64,000 nucleotides of DNA from Acutalibacteraceae bacterium (GCA_045637705.1 JAZTZY010000013.1:11154-75153); one strand, 5' to 3'; numbered from the stretch's first letter, positions 11,414 through 21,414 are shown. A program made the numbers and translations. Notes: generated from the sequence alone by a model not told the origin.

Positions 11414-13058
11414 AACAGTTATATGTGTCCTCAACTCAAAATATATTCACTCTTCCCTGGCACCCTGGTGTCTTTATGCTGCCTGCAAAAAGGAACTGCC
11501 GAGTGAATGTGAAGTTAAAGTTGTCGAGGGTACAATAAACGAAAAGCAAGAAGATATATATAACAGAATAATTGCAGAAAAGCCTGATTTTGTTGGATTT
11601 TCCTGCTATATATGGAATATAACCAAGAGCCTTGAAATTGCCCGAAAGCTTAAAAATCTGGGAATTGCAATAGCTTTAGGCGGTCCTGAGGTGTCATACC
11701 GTCAAAGAGATATTTTAGAAAGATATGACTTTGCGGACTATGTTTTAAACGGCGAGGGTGAGGAAATTTTTCCTGAGCTTGTGAGAGCTTTGGCTAACGG
11801 TAAAGTGCCCGTGATCAAAGGTGTGTCCCTCAGAAAAGACGGAGAAGATATTATATCTGAGGGTGATACCGTAGATTTTGAAAACAGTGTTTCACCTTAT
11901 TGTGAAGAGTACTTCGAGGCATTGGGCAACAGAATTGCTTATATTGAAAGCAGCAGAGGCTGTCCCTTTTCCTGCGCTTTTTGTCTTTCAGGCAGATGCG
12001 GTAAAGTCAGATTTATTCCCCTGGAAAGAGTTAAAAGGGAAATGGTGCTTCTGAGTGATATGGGAGCCAAAACAATAAAATTTGTTGACCGTACCTTTAA
12101 CTGCAACCCCAAAAGAGCAGTTGAAATTCTGAGTTTTATCCGTGATGAATACGGCAAAAAAATAAAGAATGATGTTTGTTTTCACTTTGAGATTGCCGCA
12201 GATATCTTAACTCAGGAGCTCTTTGACGTAATAGCTTCTTTGCCCGTCGGTGCAGTTCAGTTTGAGGTTGGAATACAGTCTTTTAATGAAGAGACTCTGA
12301 AGAAAATCAATCGCAAAACCAATGTGGATCTGGTTGAAAGCAATGTAAAGAGACTTCTGTCTTACGGCAATTGCCATGTGCATATAGACCTGATTGCAGG
12401 ACTGCCCCTTGAAGATTATGACAGCTTTGTCAGAGGTTTTGACAGAGCTTATAATATCGGTGCTAATATGCTTCAGCTCGGCTTTTTAAAGGTGCTTCAC
12501 GGCTCACCAATGGCTGAGAATAAAGAAGAATATCCTTGCCTTTATTCAGGTGCAGCGCCTTATGAGGTTATAAAAACACCCTGGATAAACGAGGAAGAAC
12601 TTGAATTGTTGCATTTATGCGAAAACGAGCTTGAGAGACTTTATAATAGCGGAAGATTCCCACGTACTTTAGGGTATGTGACAAGATTTATGCCGCCATA
12701 TGATTTGTTTTTAGGATTTGCTGAATACTTGAACAGCATTGGCGAAAGCGGAAGTATACCTCTTGATAAATATGTGTGTCTTGTTTATGAGTATTTTTCT
12801 CTTATTCGCGGTGTGGATAAGATGAAGCTTCGTGATCTGATGATACTTGACAGGATTTCCACCAATAATTCAGATGTGATTCCCGCTTGCCTGAAGGTGA
12901 CGGATGAAAGACTGAAAAAGCTCAGAAGACAGGTCGGTAAGCATTGCAGTGTGGCTATACTTTACAGTGAAAATGTGGCGGTTTGCTGCGATTATGATGA
13001 AGATAAAAATCCTGTGACAGGTCAGTGGGAAATTAAAAGAATTGATGAAATTATATAA
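11403..13058 (+). CDS. B12-binding-domain radical SAM protein (DUF4080-type)
   Basis: N-terminal B12-binding-like region, CPFSCAFC radical-SAM cluster motif, 551 aa. Overlaps the patatin gene by 11 nt. Confidence 0.8.
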   Translation: MKFKTVICVLNSKYIHSSLAPWCLYAACKKELPSECEVKVVEGTINEKQEDIYNRIIAEKPDFVGFSCYIWNITKSLEIARKLKNLGIAIALGGPEVSYRQRDILERYDFADYVLNGEGEEIFPELVRALANGKVPVIKGVSLRKDGEDIISEGDTVDFENSVSPYCEEYFEALGNRIAYIESSRGCPFSCAFCLSGRCGKVRFIPLERVKREMVLLSDMGAKTIKFVDRTFNCNPKRAVEILSFIRDEYGKKIKNDVCFHFEIAADILTQELFDVIASLPVGAVQFEVGIQSFNEETLKKINRKTNVDLVESNVKRLLSYGNCHVHIDLIAGLPLEDYDSFVRGFDRAYNIGANMLQLGFLKVLHGSPMAENKEEYPCLYSGAAPYEVIKTPWINEEELELLHLCENELERLYNSGRFPRTLGYVTRFMPPYDLFLGFAEYLNSIGESGSIPLDKYVCLVYEYFSLIRGVDKMKLRDLMILDRISTNNSDVIPACLKVTDERLKKLRRQVGKHCSVAILYSENVAVCCDYDEDKNPVTGQWEIKRIDEII

Positions 13059-13063
13059 CTTAG

Positions 13064-13098
13064 TGCAAAAACGCACCCCATCGAGGGGTGCGTTTTTG
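13064..13098 (+). terminator. Rho-independent terminator
   Basis: aaaacgcacccc-atcg-aggggtgcgtttt plus TTTTT. Confidence 0.7.
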
Positions 13099-13101
13099 CT
13101 T

Positions 13102-13190
13102 GGCGGGGGCGGGGCCAAAGCGCCTGAAAGGCGCTTTGATGCGGGCGTTGCCCGCAGTTGCAGCCGAAGGCTGCAACGCCCCGCCCTAAA
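13102..13190. repeat. GC-rich structured element E3
   Basis: Outer gggcggggc/gccccgccc. Inner aaagcgcc-tgaa-aggcgcttt, gcgggc-gtt-gcccgc, gttgcagcc-gaa-ggctgcaac. Confidence 0.6.
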
Positions 13191-13240
13191 TCCGGTAATT
13201 ATCTGCCGGCTTTCATCATATAATTACTCAGGTGATTTAT

Positions 13241-13837
13241 ATGATGAATTACATTTTCCCGATTTTACTGATTTTTTCATTCGTTTCAGCCATAGTTACA
13301 GGCAGAATGAATGAGCTTTCCGCGGCTGTCATAGATGGCGCTGAAGCGGCTGTGCAATTGCTGATGAGACTTATATCAATGCTGTGTCTCTGGGGCGGTA
13401 TAATGGAAATCGGCGACAGGGCAGGCCTTACAGCTATGTTTTCAAAGATAATGTATCCGGTTGTGTCGCTTATATTTCCTCGCCTGAGAAAAGAAAAATA
13501 TGTTCTTGAAGCCATATCAATGAATATAACAGCCAATGTCCTTGGTCTTGGCAACGCCGCTACGCCCTTGGGTCTTGAAGCAATGAGAAGACTTCAGAGC
13601 ATAAACGGTGACACCTCTGTGGCAAGTGATGAGATGGTGGTCTTTGTTGTTATGAATACGGCGGCTATGCATATAATCCCCACCACTGTTGCAACTATGA
13701 GAGGTCAGTATGGCAGTGCAGATCCGATGGAAATTATGCCTGCGGCTTTTCTGACATCCTTTTGCGCCCTGATGTCAGCTATAAGTGTTGCTAAAATAGG
13801 CAACCGAATTTACAGAAAAAGGCAGGGGAAGATATGA
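13241..13837 (+). CDS. spmA: Spore maturation protein A (nucleoside-recognition membrane protein)
   Basis: Gate/nucleoside-transporter-like TM protein, paired with spmB. ATG at 13241 follows the RBS AGGTGA. Confidence 0.8.
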   Translation: MMNYIFPILLIFSFVSAIVTGRMNELSAAVIDGAEAAVQLLMRLISMLCLWGGIMEIGDRAGLTAMFSKIMYPVVSLIFPRLRKEKYVLEAISMNITANVLGLGNAATPLGLEAMRRLQSINGDTSVASDEMVVFVVMNTAAMHIIPTTVATMRGQYGSADPMEIMPAAFLTSFCALMSAISVAKIGNRIYRKRQGKI

Positions 13838-14358
13838 CGGATAATTGGGGAAGCTATATTTTGCCTGTGATGGTTGTCGGAATTGTAGCATTCGGACTTT
13901 TTAAAAAGGTCAAGGTTTTCGATTGCTTTATGTCAGGAGCCAAGAAAGGTTTACATACTGTTTATGAGCTTATGCCGAGTATTACGGGACTTGTTGTGGC
14001 GGTAACAATGCTCAAAGAAAGCGGAGCTATGGACATTCTCTCAGACGTGCTTTCTCCCGTGACGAGCTTTTTCGGCGTACCAAAAGAGATAACGCCTATG
14101 GCTCTGCTGAGTCCTGTGTCGGGCGGGGGATCGCTGTCGCTTTTTGAAAGTGTGCTGAAAACCTACGGGCCTGATTCTTTTGTGGGTCAGGTGGCAAGTG
14201 TTGTTATGGGTTCGACGGATACGACTCTGTATGCTGTTGCGGTTTATTATGCGGCGGTTAGTATTAAAAACACAAGGCATACTCTTATTTCGGGTTTGAC
14301 GGCAGATTTTTTGAGTCTTGTTCTTTCAGCTTTTTTTATCAGACTTACGGTGGGATGA
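13834..14358 (+). CDS. spmB: Spore maturation protein B
   Basis: 174-aa membrane protein, overlaps the spmA stop (ATGA). Confidence 0.8.
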   Translation: MTDNWGSYILPVMVVGIVAFGLFKKVKVFDCFMSGAKKGLHTVYELMPSITGLVVAVTMLKESGAMDILSDVLSPVTSFFGVPKEITPMALLSPVSGGGSLSLFESVLKTYGPDSFVGQVASVVMGSTDTTLYAVAVYYAAVSIKNTRHTLISGLTADFLSLVLSAFFIRLTVG

Positions 14359-14440
14359 GGGGGGCTCAGGTCTGCGACGAAGTCGCAGAGAAGCGACATC
14401 GTCGCTTAAAAATCCCGCAGGGATTTTCCTGAGCCCCCCT
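14358..14440. repeat. GC-rich structured element E4
   Basis: Outer aggggggctcagg/cctgagcccccct. Inner tctgcgac-gaa-gtcgcaga, agcgac-atc-gtcgct, aaaatccc-gca-gggatttt. Begins at the spmB stop codon. Confidence 0.65.
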
Positions 14441-14533
14441 AGACTTGCAAAATTTCAGAAAATATGTTATTATATAAAAAGATGACAAAATTGTAATAAT
14501 TAAGAAGGAACTCAAAAACTAAGGAGCGACATA

Positions 14534-16441
14534 ATGATTAAAAGACTGTTAAGTTTGACTTTGGCGGTGTTGTTGATTTTTCCTTTTATACCTGATATAA
14601 ATACTGAAGCTGCAAGTGACACTATGACTAACCTTGCGTCCCTTGTCAATCAGTTCCCTCACGGAAAATATTGGAACCATGTGGGTAAAAGCAATGACCC
14701 CGATGGAGTTACATCAACGCCTTGCATAAGCCATAGCAACTGTCACTGGTCAGCCAACAGCTGTAACTGCAATAGCTTCGACAACGCCATTCAGTGTATG
14801 GGATATGCTCATAAGATTTCATATGAGATAACAGGCGTACTGCCAAGAAATAACTATGTAAAACATACTACACTTAAAGCTTCAGACCTCAGAGTCGGTG
14901 ATATTATCCGTTACCGCTGGAACGGTCATTCAATTTGCGTGACGGGTGTAAAGGGCAATCAGATATCTTTTACTGACTGCAACTATATAGGCAGATGTCA
15001 GATAAGATGGGGCGTTATGAATCTCTCGGACATTGTGGGATTTTCATATGTACTCAGACTCAGCGGTAATCAGAGAAAAAACAGTGACCTTTATTTCTAT
15101 AAAAATCTTGACGGATATGAGACAGAAATTGACCTTGAGGCAAATCACGAAACCTGGCAGATGACAGACAATATCCTGAATCTCAGATCTGATTATAATA
15201 CATCAGCCAATATTGTCGGCAAGATTCCTGCAGGGGCACTGTTTAACATTTACGATAAATACTACGACGGTACCTATATATGGGGCAAGGTAGTATATGG
15301 TGATATAATGGGTTGGTGTGCTCTGAATTACTCGGAATATATTGAGGGCATAATTGAAAGACCTAACCTTAAAAACATTAATGAAGCCTATAAAACAGGC
15401 GAAAAAATCCTTTTACAGTGGGATGAAGTCAGCGGAGCGACGAAATATATCATTGCCGTTTATAACAGTGACGGAAAAAGAGTGAAGCGCTATGTTGTGA
15501 ACAGAAAGACCACAGAAAAAGCCCTTAAGATTTCCACTGCTGATGAATATACAGCTAAGGTTGTGGCAACGAGTTCCATAACTCCGTCATGGAAAATCGA
15601 GAGCAAACCTTATGTTTTCAATGTGGTTAAAAAGGCTGATATTGTCAAGGTAGAGAATTTGACTTTTACTGCGCCTAAAAAGATTGCCAAAGGCAGCAGC
15701 ATCACTCTTGAAGCTATTGTTGAGCCTGCCTGGGCAACGGACACTGCCGTTATATGGAATAGCAGTGATACATCAATTCTCTCAATCAGTTCAAAAGGTA
15801 AGGTTTCGGCCAAGAAGATAGGTGCTGTTACTGTAAGATGCACATCTGCTGAAAACAGCGAGATTTCTTTCAGTCGCAAAATTACAGTGGTACCCGACAA
15901 AGTAAAAAATATTTCTCAGACTTCGTCATCGTCATCATCAGTCGAACTTGGTTGGTCAAAGGTTGGCGGTGCAAGCGGTTTTGCAATATATAAATATAAC
16001 AGCAAGACAAAAAAATATGAGGAATTTGATAAGGCGGACAGCAATTCTTACACGATGAAAGTTTCGCCGGGGAAGACCTATAAAATCAAGGTCTGTGCTA
16101 TAGGAACCGTTTCGAACAAGGTATATAACGGTGAAATGTCTGATGAATTTTTGGTTGTTGCAGGCCCGAAAGCACCTGAGCTTGAGGCTGTTGTATCAAA
16201 GAAAAAAGCAGTTCTCAGCTGGAGTATGATTCCTGAAGCAACTCATTATCAGATCTATAGGATAAAAGACGGAAAAACGGTGAAATTAGCCACGGAGGAT
16301 GCTGACAGCACTGATTACTCCTTTGCTGATAAAAACCTCAAAACGGGCTCATACAGCTATAAAATCAGAGCTGTCAGAAAACTTGACGGTGTGACCGGTT
16401 ACGGCAGCTATTCCGATGTTGTGACTGTGAAAGTTAAATAA
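14534..16441 (+). CDS. Secreted multidomain protein: Cys/His-rich N-terminal domain, SH3b, Big_2 and fibronectin-III repeats
   Basis: Signal peptide, N-terminal CxxC/H-rich module (possible peptidase/amidase), SH3_3-like segment (IPAGALFNIYDKYYDGTYIWGKV), Ig-like Big_2 (ITLEAIVEPAWATDTAVIWNSSD) and Fn3-like repeats. Confidence 0.7.
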   Translation: MIKRLLSLTLAVLLIFPFIPDINTEAASDTMTNLASLVNQFPHGKYWNHVGKSNDPDGVTSTPCISHSNCHWSANSCNCNSFDNAIQCMGYAHKISYEITGVLPRNNYVKHTTLKASDLRVGDIIRYRWNGHSICVTGVKGNQISFTDCNYIGRCQIRWGVMNLSDIVGFSYVLRLSGNQRKNSDLYFYKNLDGYETEIDLEANHETWQMTDNILNLRSDYNTSANIVGKIPAGALFNIYDKYYDGTYIWGKVVYGDIMGWCALNYSEYIEGIIERPNLKNINEAYKTGEKILLQWDEVSGATKYIIAVYNSDGKRVKRYVVNRKTTEKALKISTADEYTAKVVATSSITPSWKIESKPYVFNVVKKADIVKVENLTFTAPKKIAKGSSITLEAIVEPAWATDTAVIWNSSDTSILSISSKGKVSAKKIGAVTVRCTSAENSEISFSRKITVVPDKVKNISQTSSSSSSVELGWSKVGGASGFAIYKYNSKTKKYEEFDKADSNSYTMKVSPGKTYKIKVCAIGTVSNKVYNGEMSDEFLVVAGPKAPELEAVVSKKKAVLSWSMIPEATHYQIYRIKDGKTVKLATEDADSTDYSFADKNLKTGSYSYKIRAVRKLDGVTGYGSYSDVVTVKVK

Positions 16442-16449
16442 AAGTTATT

Positions 16450-16483
16450 AAGGCGATGCTTATGCATCGCCTTAAGTTTTTAG
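16450..16483 (+). terminator. Rho-independent terminator
   Basis: aaggcgatgc-ttat-gcatcgcctt plus TTTTT. Confidence 0.65.
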
Positions 16484-16485
16484 TC

Positions 16486-16592
16486 TGAGGCGAAAGTGAG
16501 ACGGTGGCTCCGCCGCCGAAGGAACTTCGGCGAAGAGGGCGCGAAGCGCCCTCTTAAAATCGCTTTGCGATTTTGCGGAGCCACCGGTCCTG
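16486..16592. repeat. GC-rich structured element E5
   Basis: Outer ggtggctccgc/gcggagccacc. Inner cgccgaag-gaa-cttcggcg, agagggcgc-gaa-gcgccctct, aaatcgc-ttt-gcgattt. Confidence 0.65.
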
Positions 16593-16609
16593 ATTTTCAG
16601 ATACACATA

Positions 16610-16651
16610 TAAAAAAAGAACGCAGACTCTGAATCTGCGTTCTCGATTTTT
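16610..16651. terminator. Bidirectional terminator hairpin
   Basis: agaacgcag...ctgcgttct, flanked by an A-run on one side and a T-run on the other. Confidence 0.5.
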
Positions 16652-17150
16652 AGTTTCTGTTTTCAGTCTGCTGAAGACCGCTGAACTTCTGACCCCAGGC
16701 ATTTGCCCAAGCTTCACAATAAAGCTTTGAGTAGGGAACGTTGTTTTTCTTTCTGTAACCTGCAAAGCAGTTGCACCAGATAACTGAGGGAAGTGCAACA
16801 ATAATGTAGTAAAGAGGTCCGAGAAGAAGAGCCTGCCATGTGTGACCGTATTCGTGAATACGGCAGTTGTAAGTCCATTCTTTGCTCTTTGCATTATCTT
16901 TGATGAAGATAAACAGACCCATTGAAAGTCCGCCGCCTTTCCAGGGTACATAGACAATCTTAGCATAACCGAAGTGCTGCCAACGATAGCCTAAAATCTT
17001 TGTGCAGATGATATATGCAATCCAACCTACAAGGTTAACAGGCAGCGCCCATGTCCACTGAACAAGCATAAAGAGGAAATCTTTAAGGCTCTGCTGCCAG
17101 CATTTTTCTTTCTTAGGGGGTTCTTTTACTGAAATATCAATCTTTGTCAT
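16650..17150 (-). CDS. Polytopic membrane protein with an HExxH (HEYGH) motif, function unknown
   Basis: 166 aa, several TM helices, HEYGHTWQ. Overlaps the upstream transporter gene by ATGA. Confidence 0.5.
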   Translation of the reverse strand: MTKIDISVKEPPKKEKCWQQSLKDFLFMLVQWTWALPVNLVGWIAYIICTKILGYRWQHFGYAKIVYVPWKGGGLSMGLFIFIKDNAKSKEWTYNCRIHEYGHTWQALLLGPLYYIIVALPSVIWCNCFAGYRKKNNVPYSKLYCEAWANAWGQKFSGLQQTENRN

Positions 17151-18841
17151 TATGCATTCTCCTTTTCTGCTTTTTTACCCTCTTTTGAGTTTCTGATAGC
17201 TTTCATTTCTTCTTCGATTTCAACAAGAATCTGATATTCACCGTTTTCATCAGGCTCAACGGTGTGTGCTTCGGCAAGGTTGTTATCTTTACCGAGCCAT
17301 GTGTTTTCGTACTTCTGGCCGGAAATCTTTTCCATAATTTCGACCTGTTCATCAGTGAGAGCTACTGAGCCGTACTTATGCTTTGTTGCAATAGCAGCAC
17401 GGATGATTGAGTGCTCCTTCTTTGTCATCTGGAACTTGTGAAGAAGGAAGAGAGAAATAAGGGTAAATACGATAGGTGCAAATGTGATACAGATTCTTAC
17501 ACCTAAAAGAGCGCTGTCAGACTGTTGGAAATTGGGATCAACAGCAAGCTTATCCTTAAGCTCGTCACCAACGATAAGACCGAAGCCGCCGAGGATAAAC
17601 ATAACAACTGAGCTCATAACACCTGAAACTGTCTTTTTGATGAAGGTGTTGAATGTACCGATAACGCCTTCGCGTCTGCGGCCTGTGATGAGTTCGTCAA
17701 CGTCTGAGATATCGGGAAGGATATTTGTTGCAACATAGCCAAGACCTGACTTACCGAAGGGATAAAGAACAGCTGTAGCCATGAGAATAACTTTCCAGAT
17801 AAGTGCACCCTCTGTTTCGGGTGTGGGATTCATAAGCAGACAAACTGCAAAACCTGCAAGCATAAGAGGTGTTACAATAGCACCGCACTTTTTCTTGCCG
17901 AATTTGATGGTGAGAGCATAGTTGAGGGGGAATGATGCTGCTTCAAAGGCACCTGCGATGGTTGTGAAAAGAGTATACATTGAAGGAAGCTTTGCAACAT
18001 ATTCAATGTAATAAATAAGGGTTGTTGTATAGAAGTAGGTTGCGATGTTGTAGCAAAGGCTCATAAAGAAATATTCTCTGAAAGCTCTGTTTTTTACAAC
18101 ATAGCGATATTCATTCATAAGGAATTTGAAATCAAACTTCTCTGTCTTAAGGTCAAGAGAGGGCTTTTCTCTTACGCTTTTGAATGTTGTGAAAAGACTC
18201 AAGCCGTAAACTACCGCGAGAATAATACCTGCTATAAGCATAGGTTTCTGTGCACCTGCCTGAGGTGTGCTGAAACCGAATGAACCAAGAATTGCTGATA
18301 CAAGGAAGAATGAGGGGAACATACCGAATGAGTTAAAAATATAACCTACTGAGTTGTACTGTATTCTCAGGTCATAGTCCGGTGCAAGCTCAGGAAGCAT
18401 TGCAACGTGAGGTATGTCGATAACTGTGTATGCTGTTTTATAAAGCATATAAGCGGCAGTAAAATAGAGGAAGGTCTTTAAGGGTTCTGTTCTGCCGTCA
18501 AAACCGTAACCGTTCCACATCATTACAAAAGAAAGGCATAACAGAGGCATACCCCAGAGTATGTAACGTCTGTGCTTGCCGTACTTTGAACGGGTTCTGT
18601 CGGTGATAACACCCATAATGGGGTCGGTGATTGCGTCCCATACAACTGCAACGGTTGTAACGAGACCTGCCCATGCGAGGGGGAGGTTGACAACGTCGGT
18701 GAGGAATTTCATGTAATAGAGGTTTACAACATATCCCGCACCGGAGGTGGTGATGTTTGCGCTGCTATATTTCATCATGGGCAAAACGTCGTTTTTAAAG
18801 GTGCCCTTGACGCCTATCAGCTTAAGGATTTTTTGTTCCAT
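17150..18841 (-). CDS. MFS transporter, glycoside-pentoside-hexuronide:cation symporter family, with a C-terminal cytoplasmic extension
   Basis: 12-TM GPH signature region (DAITDPIMGVITDRTRSKYGKHRRY) and an approximately 100-aa hydrophilic tail. Confidence 0.8.
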   Translation of the reverse strand: MEQKILKLIGVKGTFKNDVLPMMKYSSANITTSGAGYVVNLYYMKFLTDVVNLPLAWAGLVTTVAVVWDAITDPIMGVITDRTRSKYGKHRRYILWGMPLLCLSFVMMWNGYGFDGRTEPLKTFLYFTAAYMLYKTAYTVIDIPHVAMLPELAPDYDLRIQYNSVGYIFNSFGMFPSFFLVSAILGSFGFSTPQAGAQKPMLIAGIILAVVYGLSLFTTFKSVREKPSLDLKTEKFDFKFLMNEYRYVVKNRAFREYFFMSLCYNIATYFYTTTLIYYIEYVAKLPSMYTLFTTIAGAFEAASFPLNYALTIKFGKKKCGAIVTPLMLAGFAVCLLMNPTPETEGALIWKVILMATAVLYPFGKSGLGYVATNILPDISDVDELITGRRREGVIGTFNTFIKKTVSGVMSSVVMFILGGFGLIVGDELKDKLAVDPNFQQSDSALLGVRICITFAPIVFTLISLFLLHKFQMTKKEHSIIRAAIATKHKYGSVALTDEQVEIMEKISGQKYENTWLGKDNNLAEAHTVEPDENGEYQILVEIEEEMKAIRNSKEGKKAEKENA

Positions 18842-18962
18842 TTTAACTTTTACACTCCTTTTAAGATATATAGATATACTTTACCATTTTATCGCTGTAA
18901 AGTCAAGGTGAAGAGGCAAAAAACAGGCACTTTACATCACTGCAAAGTGCCGTTTTAATTAA

Positions 18963-20570
18963 TTATTTTTTATTTGCAACAAACTCTTCAACCTTGCGTC
19001 TGATAATCTTTTTTGTTGTTGTTCTGGGGAAGGGTTCTTCAGAGACATAGATGTTTGTAATCTGCTTATAAACGGGCATATCCTTGTTGAACTTAGCAAT
19101 ATCTTCGCGGAGTTGCTGCTGTGTTGCGCCGCTTTCTTCGTCCATATAAACAGCTGCACAGAGCTTGTCGTCAACGCCGAGAACAACCACTTCGCTGATA
19201 TAGGGGATTGCCTTGTGAATATCATCTTCAATGCCTTCGGGAGCAACATTTTTGCCGTTGCCGAGAATGATGAGGTTCTTCTTTCTGCCGGTGAGGAAAA
19301 CGAAATCGTCTTCGTCAATATAGCCCATATCACCTGTCTTGAACCAACCGTCTGCGAAGTTTTCTTTTGTGTTTTCAGGGTCGTTATAGTATCCTGTCGA
19401 AACAGATACGCCTTTTGCCCAGAGTTCGCCGTCTACTACTTTCATTTCACAGCCGGGTACAACTCTGCCCACTGAATCAGCTTTCTGCAGATAGTCGAAG
19501 TTGAAAGCGAGAAGAGGTGAACACTCTGAAAGACCGTAACCTGTGAGCACCATAATGCCTAAATCTTTGCAGGAATCAACAAGAGTCTGTGAAACGGGTG
19601 CACCGCCTGCAACAACAAGTCTGAGTCTGCCGCCGAAAGCTGCCTTAACTTCGCCGAGAAGCTTATCTGTAAGGTCGATGCCGAGCTTTTTGGCAATGTT
19701 ACAGATTTTGATGCCAAGCTTGAGTTTCTTATCTTTACCCTCTTTTCTTGCTGTTGACCACACTTTGTCAATAAGCATCTGAGGAAGAAGAGGTACAGCG
19801 AAAAGCATTGTGGGTCTGTATTCGATAAGCTCTTTTGCAATGTGTCTCAGACCGCTGCTGATACATACGGGAATGCCGAAATATACCATAAGGAAGAGGT
19901 TGCCGAGACATTCGTAAGCGTGGTTCATGGGGAGTACTGAAAGAGATACGTCACTTTCGTGATAAACCCTTGCATGAGCACCGCCTGCCATAACATTTCT
20001 TGCGATGTTTCTCTGAGTGAGCATTACGCCTTTGCCCTTGCCGGTTGTGCCTGAAGTGAAGATGATAGTTGAAAGTTTGTCAGGCTGAACTTCGGGGAAG
20101 GGAAGATCTTCGCCCTCGAGCTCTACGGGGTTGTTAATGCAGAACATACCCATAGTACCGTCAGTTTTTTCTTTTACAAGCTCAGCGTAATCCTTATATG
20201 TTTTATCATAAAGGAAGAAGTCAACATCTGCCTTTTCCATCTGCTCATAAACATCTTCAAAACCGAGTTCTTTGTCGAGGGGTACGATAACAAGACCTGC
20301 ATACATAGCAGCATAGTAGCTGACAATATACTGATAGCTTGAACCGCCGATAACTGCAACATGACCTTTTTTTAGGTTCTGTCTCATAAGAAACTGAGCG
20401 AACTTCTTGCTGTCTGCAACCAGGTCGTTGTAGGTCTTTTCTACCTTTTGTCTTTTTTCTTTATAGATATAAGCTACGGAGTCTCCGTAAAGTCTTTTTG
20501 AGCGCTCTGCGAGTTCAACGATGGAGTTGATTTCTTCGCAGGGATAAAGCTTGAATTCTTTCTTGGACAT
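18963..20570 (-). CDS. Long-chain-fatty-acid--CoA ligase (AMP-binding enzyme)
   Basis: IIFTSGTTGKGKGVMLT AMP-binding motif, 535 aa. Minus-strand terminator hairpin at 18912-18955. Confidence 0.85.
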   Translation of the reverse strand: MSKKEFKLYPCEEINSIVELAERSKRLYGDSVAYIYKEKRQKVEKTYNDLVADSKKFAQFLMRQNLKKGHVAVIGGSSYQYIVSYYAAMYAGLVIVPLDKELGFEDVYEQMEKADVDFFLYDKTYKDYAELVKEKTDGTMGMFCINNPVELEGEDLPFPEVQPDKLSTIIFTSGTTGKGKGVMLTQRNIARNVMAGGAHARVYHESDVSLSVLPMNHAYECLGNLFLMVYFGIPVCISSGLRHIAKELIEYRPTMLFAVPLLPQMLIDKVWSTARKEGKDKKLKLGIKICNIAKKLGIDLTDKLLGEVKAAFGGRLRLVVAGGAPVSQTLVDSCKDLGIMVLTGYGLSECSPLLAFNFDYLQKADSVGRVVPGCEMKVVDGELWAKGVSVSTGYYNDPENTKENFADGWFKTGDMGYIDEDDFVFLTGRKKNLIILGNGKNVAPEGIEDDIHKAIPYISEVVVLGVDDKLCAAVYMDEESGATQQQLREDIAKFNKDMPVYKQITNIYVSEEPFPRTTTKKIIRRKVEEFVANKK

Positions 20571-20820
20571 CTGTTTGCCTCCTTTTGATATTAACTGTTT
20601 ATTTGCGATATTAGAATTTCATAGTTGCACACATATACCCTTATATAATATCAAAAAAGCACATCGGCATATGTTAAAAAACTAATGACAAACAATTAAC
20701 AAATTGTGTATATACAACATTCAGAGCGCGATTTGTTGTGATATTTTGATATCGGGTTGGTACTTGTGAAAAAGAAAATGGTGTGTTATAATTAATCGAA
20801 AAAGATTTGGGGAGAGAGTT

Positions 20821-21414
20821 ATGAGTAAACATCAACTGACAAGAAAACAGCTTGAATATTTTTCGAAAATGGCGGCAGAGGCTTATGTCAACGACCCTGT
20901 GCATTCTTATGTAACAAAGAATGAGACTTTAAGAAAAAAGTTTGTCTATCACTTTATGATAGAGCGCCTTGCCACATCTTCAAGAGAAGACATAATTTAT
21001 ACCGACGAGGAGAACAGAGGCATCTGCATATGGAGAGAAGCTCACAATGAATACGGAGTGCTTGATTTCCTCAGATGTCCCAATTGGGTGTTTTTATATT
21101 TTTATTGGCCCAAGACCATCAAAACTCTTATGGCTTATTCTCATCTTGATGTGAAAGTCTTTCCTGAAAATACTCTGATTATATCGCCTGTGTTTGTTGA
21201 CCCTCAACATCAGGGCAAGGGTATTGCAACAAAACTCATAAAGCAGGGCATAGCTGATCTGACAGCCAAAGGTTATAAGTTAGGCCTTGAGGCTCAGAAC
21301 GGCGACAATGTGAAGTTTTATGAAAAGCTCGGCTTCAGGGTCATAAAACACGACTATTGGAAAAGAGAAAAAATAGATAACTACTATATGATGTATCAGG
21401 AGGATGAACAATGA
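20821..21414 (+). CDS. GNAT-family N-acetyltransferase
   Basis: VDPQHQGKGIATKLI...KLGFRV acetyl-CoA-binding motifs. Confidence 0.8.
   Translation: MSKHQLTRKQLEYFSKMAAEAYVNDPVHSYVTKNETLRKKFVYHFMIERLATSSREDIIYTDEENRGICIWREAHNEYGVLDFLRCPNWVFLYFYWPKTIKTLMAYSHLDVKVFPENTLIISPVFVDPQHQGKGIATKLIKQGIADLTAKGYKLGLEAQNGDNVKFYEKLGFRVIKHDYWKREKIDNYYMMYQEDEQ

Noticed and set aside
13042-13314. 90-aa ORF across the terminator and element E3
   Set aside because: The Gly/Ala/Arg-rich translation of the GC-rich repeat runs into the spmA start region. No RBS.
16472-16966. 164-aa minus-strand ORF overlapping element E5 and the HExxH membrane protein gene
   Set aside because: It is out of frame with the well-supported 16650..17150 gene and begins inside the repeat element.
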